From Saccostrea echinata (lineage: Eukaryota): a DNA stretch of 64,000 bases. Both the position numbers and the translations under genes were made by a program. This document shows, one piece after another, positions 12,401-26,000 of the stretch. The stretch's first letter is position 1. Every line of letters starts with the position of its first letter. The notes beneath the pieces were generated by a model that saw nothing but the letters and a program-made list of their open reading frames with translations, was not told where the DNA came from and ran no database searches. The stretch is from NCBI RefSeq assembly GCF_033153115.1, contig NW_026889769.1, positions 3,658,001-3,722,000 on the forward strand, written 5' to 3'.

Positions 12401-13922
12401 TTTGAATAATATAAATGCAAGTTTGGAAGAAAAAACATAGTTGCGCGTGTTTTTTAAGGCATACCAATATATGCATAATAAACTTGAAATTATACATAGT
12501 AAACTCGTACAAACAATTTGCAATAATCTATCGTAAGAATGGAACAAACAACCAGCATATTTGCTATGCATATCCATATGCATTCAAATACAATTGAGAG
12601 AACACGTCGAACGCTGTAAACTTATTCATACCTGGAAATAGACCACTATACCTGTTCGAAGATGTGCACATGCCGAGTGAATTACACCTTGTATTCCATT
12701 TATTGAAATATGCATCACAAAAAAGTAATAAGTCCATAAATACTCAACAATAAACACGTTGTCACTTCATCGTACAGTCTAGCACTCAAATACACTTAGT
12801 CCGTGCTGATCAGATTTTGGTCAGGGAAAATATCAAAAGTGAAAAAGGGAATTAGTATTTGCGCGACTGGGTAAAAATTAAGAAATCACTAAAAAAGTTT
12901 GATTGCTGATTATCTAAAAAAATAAACTGAGTAATTTGGTGTAAGAAAATGATTTAGAACACAACACAAAAGCATTTAACCAGAACACAAATCAACAAAT
13001 ATATAAACACACACGTGGAGCGGGGGGGGGGGGGGGATACCCCCTTTTCTCAGAGTCTTTCAGGCATGTGTGTCGTTTAGCATCTAAGAAATAATTAACA
13101 CTTTACCTNNNNNNNNNNNNNNNNNNNNNNNNNNNNNNNNNNNNNNNNNNNNNNNNNNNNNNNNNNNNNNNNNNNNNNNNNNNNNNNNNNNNNNNNNNNN
13201 NNNNNNNNNNNNNNNNNNNNNNNNNNNNNNNNNNNNNNNNNNNNNNNNNNNNNNNNNNNNNNNNNNNNNNNNAAAAATCTCCAAAATCCAATTTTGTGGC
13301 GGTGATGGGGGGGGGGGGGGGGTAGCGGCTTTTTCGACGATTTGACTATAGTGCAACAAAAAGTGGAGGGGGTCAGCCTTTGAGTGTGTATTTCATACTA
13401 AACAGTAAAACATTATGCTCGAAAAAAACCCACCCACGCGTTCTACAGGCCTGTCTTTTACGGTTGATTTTGTAAGGATTTTTTTTTATTTCAAGACTCC
13501 CCCCCCCCAACTCTTATCCAACATTATTGTACATTGTATTCAATTATTTTTCTGCTGAAAATGATAGTATGAATGGAATCTGTCCCTCCCCTGACTATTT
13601 TTTTTAAGTGCCTGTTTTCTTCTTCACTTCCCCAAATTTTTAAGTGCCTAAGTTTTAAGTTTTTCTTTTGCTTGTCAATCATTTTACTCCCCCCCCCATT
13701 CTCCCTCGCATACACACATTTTGAGAAACGGTGCTACGTGCCTGTTTTATATGCATGTATAGGAAGCCTTTCCAGACTGGAGAGTTTCCACAGGCAGTCT
13801 AAAATTTGGTACCTAATCAATTTCTTGTATTTTGAAAAAATCTTAAAAGATAGTTTAAGGATTACTTGAAATCTTATCCGCAAGATTATGGATAAATATT
13901 TTTTTGCATTTTCAATACAAGT

Positions 13923-13975
<53 letters not shown>

Positions 13976-14358
13976 TAAGCATCTTTACATGTAAGAGCAA
14001 TAATGCATAAAAAAATCCGATGTAGTAGAAATCTTGGGAAATGTTATAGTCTTTATAACGGCAGATCAAGGAATTTTTCTGGGGCAGAGTGGATCAAACC
14101 TGCTGAAAAAAAGTCTCCTTTTTTTGACAAGCCAAAAAAAAAAAAGAAAGAAAAGAAGAAAAAACCTACACACCCAAACGAAAGGGGAACTAAACAATTG
14201 TGAAAACTATATTTCACGGGAATGGAAACATGTGGACCCCTCTCACGTACTTTCCAGAGGAAACAAAGTCAGTTTTTTTTGTTTCTCTATACCTATTAGA
14301 AACACTGAAGAGCACAGAGGCTTCCTACCAGAAATATTTAGACAAGAAAAAAAATATC

Positions 14359-14389
<31 letters not shown>

Positions 14390-17300
14390 CTTGGAGGGGG
14401 GGGGGGACACTCTCAGGGGCACATGTTTTCCTTTCCTACAAACTTTGACTATTAATTATATAATATTTAAAGAAATAATACACATGCACGCGCAACTATA
14501 TTTTAATCACTCAGTCATATTACAATTTTTATATTTTAATCATTCAGTCATATTACAATTTTTTTTTAATATCTAGAACGTGTAAATATGTGTAATTGTT
14601 AAAAAAAAAACACTTACGTAATGTAATGATTAGTACTTTTGCATCGCCTCGTGATATCTTTGACAATACGAGGATTGTTGAATCAGCCCACTTTACATTT
14701 GGGTACACAGTAGAACTATTTCAGTTATCAATATTAGTTTCATATAATACTAATAGTGTAATATATACTCAACTTCAAACATGTAATGTAGATTATTTTA
14801 ACTACACATAATTATGTCTGTGCTTATGTGTATATAAAATAATCTACATTACATGTTTTTGTATATATTGAAGTTGAGTAAGTCTGTCAGTGCTTGTTGA
14901 TAATTGTGCTTGTAATTTGTAACGCCTAAAAGGGCTCTAATTTGAAAATAATTTGTCTACAGAAACAAATTGTTCAGTGTGTGTAAATTTAAGATATATT
15001 AGTTTTATATCTAAAATAGTTGAGGCCAGTTCATTGCACGTATTTAAATATATTTGATCAAGGAAAATCCTACCTTTTTCCGACATATTGAAAAAAATGT
15101 ATTCTACATATCCCCCCCCCCCGCCCCCTTTTCATTCTCTTTAAAAGATGTAATTAAGATCCGTAACAAGAATGTATCTTTATGTAATAAATTTGAAGTA
15201 GTGAAGCCACATTCATGAACATATTTACTACATGTACCGACAACAGCTAGTTCGATTTCTTTGCGTGACTATATTGTCTAATCAGGCAAATAACACCAAT
15301 GTCATTTCCACCTTCGATATTTTCCCTGACCAAAAATGCTGATCGGCAGGGACCACGTGTGTTCAAGTGCTAGTGACAATGTGTTTGCCGTTTGAGTTAC
15401 AAATGGATTTATTTCTTCTGTGATGCATATTTCAATAAAAGGAAAATAGGAAATAATTCTTTCGACATGTGCACATCCCTGTAGCGATAGCAGTATTTCA
15501 GGCAGATGATTTTAGAGCGTTCGACGCGTTTTCTCGGCATGCATGCATTTACAACTTGAATGCGTAAGTTGCATAGTATGTGCTTATACCGTGTAGCATG
15601 CATAAAGCTCAAGAGTAGTGTTATTTGGAGGAAAAAAAATGGATGTGGTAGCCTTTTCTTCTTTATTGTTCAAATATATACGTATACCAAACTTGAATTT
15701 TCCGTTTTGATTTTTTAGCATTGCATCTAAATTATTCAAATTTTATATACTCATTTCCAGTTTTCAAAATAAAAAATCCGAGTTTTGGTAGGATTGCTAA
15801 ATTTATTGCATATTCCAAAACTGCTTTATCGGAGATGTGTACAGGCCTACATGTTTTCGGTCAGTTCATAGCGTGTTCCAAAACTTTGCTATCGGAGATG
15901 TGTACATGTCAACAGCCAGGCTAGAAAATCACTCAAGTGTAAAAAAGGCATCAGGGTTTATATAGCCGGTAAAATAAGTGAGCGAATATGAAAGAAATAT
16001 GGCGGGAAAGGGAGTACGGGAATGAAATAAGTCGTACAAGGATGAAAATATCACATATTTAAGAGTTCATGTCAGCTTTAAGGCCATATAACCGTACTTC
16101 TGTATTAGCAAGATTTTTTTTCCTGCATGCATCTACTGCAAAATTGGGCTTCAATGGTTTATTACTTCTCATCAACCAGTCTTAACATCCCATAGTGGGA
16201 TTTGATCCCAAAACATAAGGATCAACTCCTTACTTTGCAATTTAGTACAGAGTGAGACCTTCACTCTTATAATTGTGTCACCCACTCTACTTGTCACTGA
16301 ATCGTTAATTTAAAAAAAGCATTGATTCTTGATGGATAAATATTGTACTAATCATGTTTTTACTTCAAATGATCAATCATGTTTTGTAACTTTTTTATGA
16401 ATTACACCATATGATCATGAGAAATTATATACCCATACACCTTTTGAATGACCACCTTGAGCTCCATGTATTACAATGTATTACATTAAAGTAAAAAAAA
16501 TATGAAGCAATATAGTCTGTAACCCCCATCCCCCCCCCAAAAAAAAAAAACATGCCTCGATTTAAATACAGCTCCTTTTGCTTTTATTCATTATAGTTTG
16601 AATACCAATAATGCATTAATTAGTTGAACTGAAATTTCATTTGGCATTAAAAGTACACAATACATTAGACAATTGATTTTTAAATATGGTATTTTGAATA
16701 CTCAAACTCAGTAGCGTGAACTTTTATGGAATGCCAAATAATAAAAAAAATTGCCCAAAATTTAATTATACAATTATATTTTCTTTAAGTGGATTGTTCA
16801 CAACAGAGATGTCTAACGGTATAGTCCGTAGCCCCAGTGCTCACGTGAAATCCAGCCTTCATAGATGCTAAATTAAAGCCAATTCTTCGTCTCCAGATGG
16901 TCTTGAACTATATTTTGTTTTCAAAACACCAATTACATGTAATTCAGACATGTATTATTTTGTTCTGACAATTTATATTTTACTCGTATTGTGAATTTAT
17001 TCGAAGTTTTTCGTTTTATTTCGTTAAATTTCACGGGATTTTTGTATAAATTGATTTAATATCCAAATGAAAGAATTCATTAAACACTTGTGAACTCCAT
17101 GATGATAATTTTAACAAATATTTACTGATACAAACAGGTATTTTTCAACAAATAAGTTTGAAATTTTCATCCCCACATACAATATCTTTAGAAAAATTGA
17201 AAGTACTTTAATGTATTTTTACTTCAGATGTCCAAATAATAAGGGTAGAAAAACTCCCAAAGATTAACAAATTTACCCATGTCCTTTATATACTGTAACA

Positions 17301-20300
17301 TTTTAATGGAAATGAGTTATGTGATTTTTCTTGCTCAGACAATGTTTTGTGAAGAGTTTGTATTTGGGTTATACTTTTTTGTTTAGTTGAATATGATACA
17401 GATAAATGTTATGCCTGAATATGTATAGTCCGTAGTCCACTTGGGTCTCTGCTATATTAAGAGTGAAATCTTTTTAACCGCTTGACAGAAATGGACAGAA
17501 ATTTCAGACAATCTGCCAAAAGGATGTAGTGTTACATAGAACATATTTGTAATACATTTTGTTTGACTTCATTTTTTTGTTAATCTGCAACCAATACGGG
17601 CACCTGATCTTGGCCAAGCCGATATGTAGTGGATATTTAATTCATATTGTGTGATTTTAGCTCAATCCAACGAGTTAGAATAGAATATATTCGAGGGCTT
17701 TGTTGTAAAAAATTCCAATGACTAAAAGATTCCCCGGCTTTAACTCGAGGTCAGATCTCATTTATTGAGCAATCTTAAGTTAAAATAATGATACATCACA
17801 AGAGTGAACTAAATTTCAGTATTACACTCTTTTTTCTTAGTGTAGTATTTTTGCTTTAGTAAATTTTAATTATATACTGGTTGCGCCCCCCCCCCCTCCC
17901 CGTTTTTTTTTTCTGTAATATCGTGTACCTGCAAATTCTAGGATTTGGATAGTTAAGGAGGTTTTTTTTTGCTTGTCAGATAATTTTTGGAAAATCCCCC
18001 CCCCCCAACTTTTTGGACCGTTGAAGATTTTTTTTTTTTTGCCTGTTAGATTTTTTGGAGGGGGAGGGAGGATTTGCTTCCCCCTTCCACTTTTGAAACC
18101 GTTCCTACGGGCCTGCTATTGTAGCCATGCGGCAATAACATTTTGCTTTCGATCTTTCCCCTCTCATTTTCAATCATAAAAAATCAGTCTACATGTGTAA
18201 AACATGGGGGCCGGGGGTGGGAAGCTTACATTTTTATTTATCTTATTGAACAATCTTTGCTCTATGTACTCATCAAATATTTACAAAGATTCTGTTGCGT
18301 TTGTATCTCACTGCTTATTATAATAAGATAACCAGAAGTTTCTGATGAGGCTGTAGCTCTGCTGCTTTGTATTTATAACAATTAAAGGAAGAGAAAAGTA
18401 GCACTTGAAACTATGCATCAGCAATAAATAGAATAATGGTCCTTGGTTTAGTCTCTTTGTGGCAAGATTTATTGCAATCAGATTAAAAATGTTAGATGAG
18501 TAGCCTTTTAAAAGAATTTCACCAAAATTTCTAATTTTAGTAACCATAGCAAGATTGTTCATCAAAATCAAAAACAAATAAAATTATGCATCTCAGTGAA
18601 GTCTACTTTTGGGCAAAGTATCTTAAAATCAGATCAAAACTGTAGGAGGAGTAGCATTTTGGAAGTATTTCATAGAAGTTTCTATTTTTAGTAACCATGG
18701 CAACACTATTATTCCAAATCAAAAATCGATACACAGAATTATTTATCTGAGTTTGAAATCTTGTGTCCAAGTTATATTCAAATCAGACCAAAATTGTAGT
18801 AGTGTTTTGAAAGTATTTTACAAGCTTTTCTATTAAAGTAACCACGGCTACAATGCTCAAAAAAAAAAAAATCGATAAAAGAATTATGTATCTCAGAGTA
18901 GTCTACTTGTGTGTCATGTTATACTGAAATCAGACTATAAATGTAGGAGAGGTAGCATTTTGAAAGTATTTCACAGAAATTTCTATTTTTAGAAACCATA
19001 GCAAAACTGCTCCAAAAGAATCTAACACTCATGTACTAAATTATGTATCTTAGTGCAGTCTACTTGTATGCAAAGTTATATTGAATTCAGACCAAAACTG
19101 TAGGAGGGGTAGCGTTTTAAATGAATTTCACAGAAATTTCTATTTTTAGTAACCATAGCAACACCGTTCATCAAAATCAAAAACCGATGTACTAAATTAT
19201 GCATTTTAGTGCATTCTACTTGTGTGGCAAGATATATTAAAATCACATCAAAACTGTAGTTTGAAAGGAATTTCACAGAACTTTCTATTTTTAGTAACCA
19301 TGGCAACACCCCCGTTCATCAAAATGCACTATATTATGTGCACTATATTATGTATCTTGGTGTTGGCTACTTGTGTGCCAAGTTATATTGAAATTAAACC
19401 AAAACTGTAGGAGGAGTAGAGTTTTGAAAAATTGTTTAAAGACAGACGGACAGACAGACAGACGGATGGAGGTCGGACACCTTACCATCGCATAAAATCT
19501 TCTGGTGTCTGACCAGTAGAGCTAAAAATATCGAAAATTTGACCAAACATGAATGGTTTTATACAGACATCGAACAAGATGATCTTTGAAAAACGTTCAC
19601 TGTCGTTTTTTTAATTAAAATACGAATCAAAGGTGATCAGTCTCTTTGTTTAAAATACAAAAATAGCTATAGACCTTGACTCCAGCCGTGGAGATGAATC
19701 CGGCTTCATAAAGATCCCTATGTATGTCCAGTAGGACGTGAAGATTGTAAAGAGATCCGCTCATTTTTGTAGTCACGTTTCCGTTACCGTTCCATGTAAA
19801 GCAAACCCCTAAAGAGGTCAGGATAGGTTCGAACACCTGTCCATCCAGGAAGTCGAAGGTGCTCGTCAAAATAAACTTTGAGACGTCCATGCTCAGTTCT
19901 TGTTCCAAACTATTTGGCTCAAAATATCCATTTTCCTTGTAATACGAATCATTCCAGTCCACTTCATTGCTAAAAGCCGCCATGGTGGAGATCGATAACC
20001 AATAATCAGTATCTTTTTGAGATTTAGAAGATCTTGATTTGTTCTTGGAACCCATGTTGCAGATAGTAACCGCGGGAAATTGCATTCTTTCGAAACTCTC
20101 CAGAGATATTTTGCTTAGAAACGGATATGAGTAGTAACTCCGAAACTCGTCTATCAAAAACCAGACGATGGAAACCAGTGAGGTTGGAAGGAAAAGTATC
20201 CATAAAACTCTATTTGAATAAGAAAACACATGTATTCAGATTTTGCATATTCGATTGTTCTCTTTTCTCGGTAACATCATATGAATACAATTGTAATGAA

Positions 20301-20859
20301 AAAAAATCCTCTCAAGATAAATGTACATGTATTTTGAATTTTGGTTAAAAAGGCTTTCGAAACTACAAATATACCAAAATGTCGCAGCATCTGTGAATCA
20401 TATAAAGAAATCGAGTATTGATTTCGAAAACTAGACTAAGAAACAAAACCTATATAACTTTGTAGTCTTTGTGTTGGTACAGTTGCACTGGTAGTGGCAA
20501 AATGAGCACCCGTAGTTAGTGACTCAGGAAGACTTACGTATGGCATAAGATATAATTGGAACAGATCAAAATTGTAAAACATTCAAAGTAACACAGTTTA
20601 CTTACCCTCTCAATCGGTTTCCTCGCACGGTGCCTACTTTTCCAAATCCATGACAAGTTGTCTCGGATACAAATTTCCACCAAAGTTCGCGGAGTGAATC
20701 CTTTCTTTTTTCGACACCCGCATCTTTCAAGTTAATAGAGTTCGCACGATCTGATGAAATACCAGTCCGACTTTCTTGTCGAGGTACGGATTTCTTCGGG
20801 TGTATCGCAACTTGTATCATGATATGTCTTCTTGGAGCATCGCTTCGAAAGTTTGACAT
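6441..20859 (-). CDS. DEG/ENaC family (ASIC-like) amiloride-sensitive sodium channel subunit, 8 exons, 509 aa
   Basis: Exons (minus): 20859-20606, 20209-19675, 10849-10751, 8171-7994, 7268-7212, 7101-6939, 6797-6703, 6589-6441. All junctions are GT-AG, phases are consistent, total 1530 nt. Motifs: TTCHG, TM1, FPAVTICN, GVCFTWN, GVKVVVH, Cys-rich CGC...CDCPYPC, TM2 ANIGGQMGLFIGASVLT. Confidence 0.95.
8529..9850. mobile_element. Non-autonomous TIR element with arrays of AACGCACTTTGAAAA subterminal repeats
   Basis: Ends TGTGGCAACGCACTTTG / CAAAGTGCGTTGTAACA; about 12 motif copies in alternating orientation near both ends; flanks GACATT / GACGTT (6-bp TSD, 1 mismatch). Confidence 0.8.
13109..13272. 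other. Assembly gap (164 N)
   Basis: Run of N characters. Confidence 1.
13927..13972. repeat. (CT)n microsatellite
   Basis: About 23 CT units. Confidence 0.95.
18330..19528 (+). mobile_element. HINE/Helentron-like non-autonomous element with an internal tandem array of about 150-bp units
   Basis: About 6 diverged units (TTCTATTTTTAGTAACCAT(A/G)GCAAC...TCAGACCAAAACTGTAGGAG), then a (GACA/GACG)n microsatellite at about 19441-19466, a short palindrome (CTGGT..ACCAG) and GAGCTAAAAA. This is the modular layout known from bivalve HINE elements. Confidence 0.75.
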
Positions 20860-21586
20860 ATTACATATTAAACTCAAAGTTTTTTTGTTGAGTTTGAGTA
20901 AAAAAAGTAGTTCTCAAATAAATTTCCCTTTCTAGCAATTTTTGTCTTTTTAAGCAGAAAGTAACTCAATCACAGTTCCAAATACCATCTTTTAATTTAA
21001 AACAACAGCTCAAAAATTTCGCCTTGGAGGAACACAGCGGAAAACAATGAATTATTAATCGTCATACCCCATATATCCATTTAATAAATTGCAATTTTCT
21101 TTATACCCGAAGTATCAATTTGGGAAATTGCAATTTTCATTAAACATTAATTCAGAAATAAATGTACTAAATTTTTTATGCGTAATGCCTAATATGAGAA
21201 ACTATTGAGATATTTCTCATGAATTGATATAAAAAGTAATAAAACAAATATAATAGCCTTTTGATTCGGAACAATCCCTCGGTCGATATGCTTTCTCTAA
21301 GCTATATATTTACGGATTGACCTCATCAAAATACTATATGAAAGTATTTCAAAATGTTTGCATTCAAATGAATTCTGTCCTTAATCTAAAATATGTCATC
21401 ATTACCAGCTATGATTGTATGAAGACTAAGTGGAATCTTTCATTAAATGAATACCTTTATATTTGACTTATTCCCCAACAGAACAGAACACCGACTATAG
21501 GATGATTTAGTCCAATAACTAAAATGAATGTTTAATGCAGGAAGGGAATTCAGCGTAAAACGGCAAATATTGAGTAGTACACAATA

Positions 21587-21716
21587 GATAGGCCAAATTT
21601 TAATTTCTTTGAAACTTTGAAATTTTGTCGTAGGATACAAAATCTCTTTTCATATGTAACTTGAAAGAAATTCAACCGAACATTTTTTGCCCACATAGTT
21701 TGAAATATGGCCTATC
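21587..21716. mobile_element. Small MITE-like inverted-repeat element
   Basis: GATAGGCCAAATTT ... AAATATGGCCTATC; located just after the point where homology to 1-252 ends. Confidence 0.5.
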
Positions 21717-22422
21717 AGCCCCCTGTAATAAGATTGTTAAATCAGACAATACACTCCAGAATATGCATTTTTTAAATTACCGATCAATCTATTGCAAAGT
21801 TGTGTGAGGCATTTTATAGATACAACCTTTCTGTTACTAAATTTCAGTAAATTATATTGATACTGATATATTTGAATAAAATGTGATGAAAAAATAGAAC
21901 ATACATAGCCCAGGAATTGAAAATTCACATGTAAGTTTGCTACACTTTAAGTTCTCTTAAGAGAAAAAGTATAAATCAATTTTTACAAAAAATCAACAGA
22001 ATGATATTGAAATGGAACTCATATTAAAATATGTCAGAATGAGGAACATTCAACCGACAGTTTTGGATATTTTGGCGATTAAAAACAAATTCAATGCAAA
22101 AAACTGAAAAGAATCAGTAGGTGTCACAATATTTGATCTTTGACCTTGACCTTTATTGTGTGTAAAGAATGGAGACTTATTATAAATATGTCCGAATATC
22201 AGGTCTCTACTAAAAATGGATCAAAACTGACTAAATGAAGTAAAGTCTTTTGATTTAAATGATTATTTTCTTTCTAAACCAAGTCAAAGCTTGTATGTAT
22301 GTACAGTTTACTTGCACCGTGAACACACACTGAGTTGGAACTCGTCGAAAAAATCTAGAGGAAAGTAGCCATGCGAGTTGGAAGAAAGTATTGGCATGTT
22401 TTCCTCTTCCAGTGTCGCTTGT

Positions 22423-22453
<31 letters not shown>

Positions 22454-23042
22454 GGGGGAGTTACATCTATATGAAAGTACGGTCTTTTTTCAAGCAAGTA
22501 TTGACTATAATGCTGATATTTAATCAAAGGTAATTGCAGCAGCAATCCCGAGGTACTTCTGGGCTTCATAGTAGCTGCCGGGAGCCATTTCGGCTTGTCA
22601 GTATACATATTATGGCATTTACAGACATATTTTTCTTACCAATTCATCTCGAAAAATATGGTAGTACCGTCTCTAAAATGTCTACAACTTCTTCAATAAT
22701 GGTTAAAACCTCATAAAATTTAGTATACATGTAAATCAAAGTTTTTCCTTTCTAAAACTGCAAACCAATATTTATGTTACCTGGTAAAAAGTATTGAAAT
22801 ACATTGGCTCTCTATGACTTCCACAATATATTTTCTACTCTTATCTTTAAATCCAGTGATGTGTTAACTCAATAAATCTTGAAATATAATTGACACTTCA
22901 ATTACTCAATCAAGAAATAATGCTAAAACTGAAAATATATTACATTTCTACTATTCCACTTATGACTACATTTTCTCCCCACTTTCTACATGTACATGTC
23001 AGTTCAATATACATATGTACCATACATAAAATGTATGTATGC

Positions 23043-26000
23043 TTACATACTAAGATAATCAACAACCTTTTGAATAATCTTTGAGGATTTTGTTATTCTT
23101 ACACTCTTAGGATTTTCTTTCAATGGTTCTGAAAATATATATCTAATCCCATTTTCTGGGTCTCTAGCATGAATTTGTCTTAGTTTTGACAAAGTAAGTC
23201 CACATAGAAACAATTTTCGAAGTATTAAAGCTGACACAACTTTGCCTCTCAACAATGGCTCTAAAGACTCTTTACATGTGTAATATGATAAATAAAAAGC
23301 ATTTTCAGACACTGTACTTTCTGACAGACACAACTTAGAGTAATATAACTTTTCTAATGCTGTCACATCTGCCATCGCATTATGAGCCTCATATTCCTCT
23401 CCTAATAGATTCTGAACCAATGTCTCTTGCTTGTAGTTTGGAAGCTGGATATCTTTCAATAATTTCTTGGAAATCTTTAGAGTATCTAAAAATCCAGTTA
23501 CATTCTTACGAAATCTTTCAAGAAGATCACAGTTTCCCAAATGGTGTCGCAGTATTGGTAAGTCAAAGTTTTGAATGTTGTGTCCCACTAACACTGGAAG
23601 GTCAAAAGACTCTAAAAATGTAAGAAACTTGGTGAGTGCTTCAGGTGGAGGAAATGCAGCGACTGCTTCTCCCTTGTAGCAGAGGTTGTTTCCATCGAAG
23701 GTCAAAGAGGTTGCTTCAGATGCTTCCTTGCTGATGGAGCGAGTGGGCAAGGCATACACTGAGAACTCCTTTTCTTTGCATTTTGCAGCAATTTGAAGTA
23801 TATCAGATGTTCTTCCTATAGAAAGAAACAAAATGTGTGATCTTATGATATTGGCATACTCAATGTAATGATTACAAGAGGGATTTTGAAAGTATTATAT
23901 GATTAACAAACACCTATAAATTATACATGTACTGAAATTTAAGTATGAACAAACCTAATCCTCCTGTTTCCAAATCAAAGAACACCAATGGATGTGTATG
24001 CAGATTGTCAACAGGGGCATCCAGTTGAATATCATCTATATCTAGGTTTTCTTCAGCCTCTAAGCATATATTTGGCTTATATGTATCTCCTTGAAAAATA
24101 AATCATTTTGTTCTCAGATTGTATCAACATATGAGTAAATATATTAAAGATGACGAAATCACTAAAAATTAGTCAATACTAAATAAATGTACATACTAAA
24201 TAAATGTACATGTACCTTCAAGAACAGACTGTGATGCATTCTTAGATTGCCTTTCAGCTTTTAGCTCCAGTCTTCTTCTTTTGGCACTTGGCTGTATATT
24301 TCTCAGGCGCTTTCTTTTCAGCTTAGCATCCTTGCGTCTCATGTGTCTCATGGTGTATGTACCAGGTGATAATGAGCAACTCTTATTTAGCTACAAATCA
24401 AAGTTACTTAATTACTAAACATTGAAACACATATCAGCACATTTGACACACGAGAAAACAATTATAATAATTGTGGAAGTTTAAAGTAAATTCTTCTCTT
24501 TAAGTTCCAAGACATATCACTGGTTAAAAATTTTTAAGTTTATATTATTATTTAATACATATATTAGAAAGAATTAATGTTATAAATATTAGTTGGTAGA
24601 GTCCCAAATTAAAAAAAAAAGGTAAAAATAAGGTGCAATTAAAGAAAATGTAAACAGACATAAAACAATATTCAAATTACTCTGAACAAAAATAATGCCC
24701 AAAATTCGGCAAATATAAACATGATAAATAACATAAAAAAAATCAAATCATGAATGGCTGCACGTAACACATTCTACCTCAGATATGTATTCAAAACCAT
24801 CATTTTTTGGCAAACTGTGGCAGAGAGCCTTGAGGCAAGGCTTTCTGAGCCCCCATAAAACCTGCATTACAGATGTATTGCAAAATAAGCTACACTGCTC
24901 TTATATATTTATTGCTTTTAATGCTATGGGGCTGAGTACATGTAACAATTTGCTCACAGACATGTAAGTTTCAAACTTAAATTCAAGAACTATTTTAATT
25001 ATAGTATGCACAGGTATGTCATGTACTTACAATCTCTTTGGTGCTTTAGAAGCTGCCATATGGTTAAAGCTTTCATTTGACTGAGTGGACCCCATATTGG
25101 CCAATTCAGATGATCTTGATATGAATTTCTCCATCAGAGACTGCAAGGCCACCCTAAGGTCTTTGTCATCAAGTGGTTTTCCATGTGGCAGTGCCTTGTG
25201 TTTATATCCCTCCTCATTACCCCTGCACCAGGTTCCACAACTAGAATGCTCACCTACACAAGATAATACTTCATTAGCAATATATACATATCATTACATA
25301 ATCATGATAACAACCATTACCCAGATAGCAATAAGTTTTTCAACAGACTTTTAACAGTAGTTCTAATATCTCACTCAGCAAACATTCTAGTTGACCTTCA
25401 TTACACACCGTACAAATGAGGAATAATACTGCTTAGTCCAATGGCTAGTTGCTCTGGTTGGCCCTTGTTTTGCGAAATACTGTAGCTGAAACATCTTTCA
25501 ATGTGGGAGCGGACTTTAGTGTTTCGCAGTAGCTTGTGGGTCTTGCTCAGTTCTATGAGGGAAGCCGTGAACCCTTTCCTTGCGTGATTACTGTCGCACT
25601 GCTTTCTGATGTTCTTGTCTACAGTTGACTTCACTCTAGCTATCGTAGTGCTATCATTGTCCATCACTAATGTGGATACCTGTAAAATAATAATGATATA
25701 AGGCTTATTCAGAATCATCTCAAAGATTACTTTGGAAAAACATTCTGATTATTAACATATTTTACTTTTTCTCCCTGGTCCAAAACAGACTGTAGCATTT
25801 CACAGGCCATGGCTGGTTCCATTGATTTAGCAGAACCTTCCCAATTTTTCTTACAGTTATGCTTTCTTGGTGTTACATTTTTCTCTTTAGCTGCACTGCA
25901 GATACGACATTTCTTACTCTTCAGTGCATAACCAACACATTTTCCTGTTTTCTGCCCTATTAGAGTGGCATGACCTGAAAGACATTTTCAGTTATTTTTA

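Larger units (their letters stand above)
11002..17626. mobile_element. 6.6-kb non-coding TIR (foldback-like) element in DEG/ENaC intron 2
   Basis: TIR of about 29 bp, CATATCGGCTTGGCCAAGA(C/T)CAGGTGCCC, at both ends; recurring TAGTCCGTAGCCC motif; internal diverged inverted arms at about 12125-12850 and 15300-16080. Confidence 0.8.

Noticed and set aside
13084-14576. ORFs with poly-X, poly-K, (RE)n or poly-P
   Set aside because: Artefacts of the N gap, homopolymers and microsatellites.
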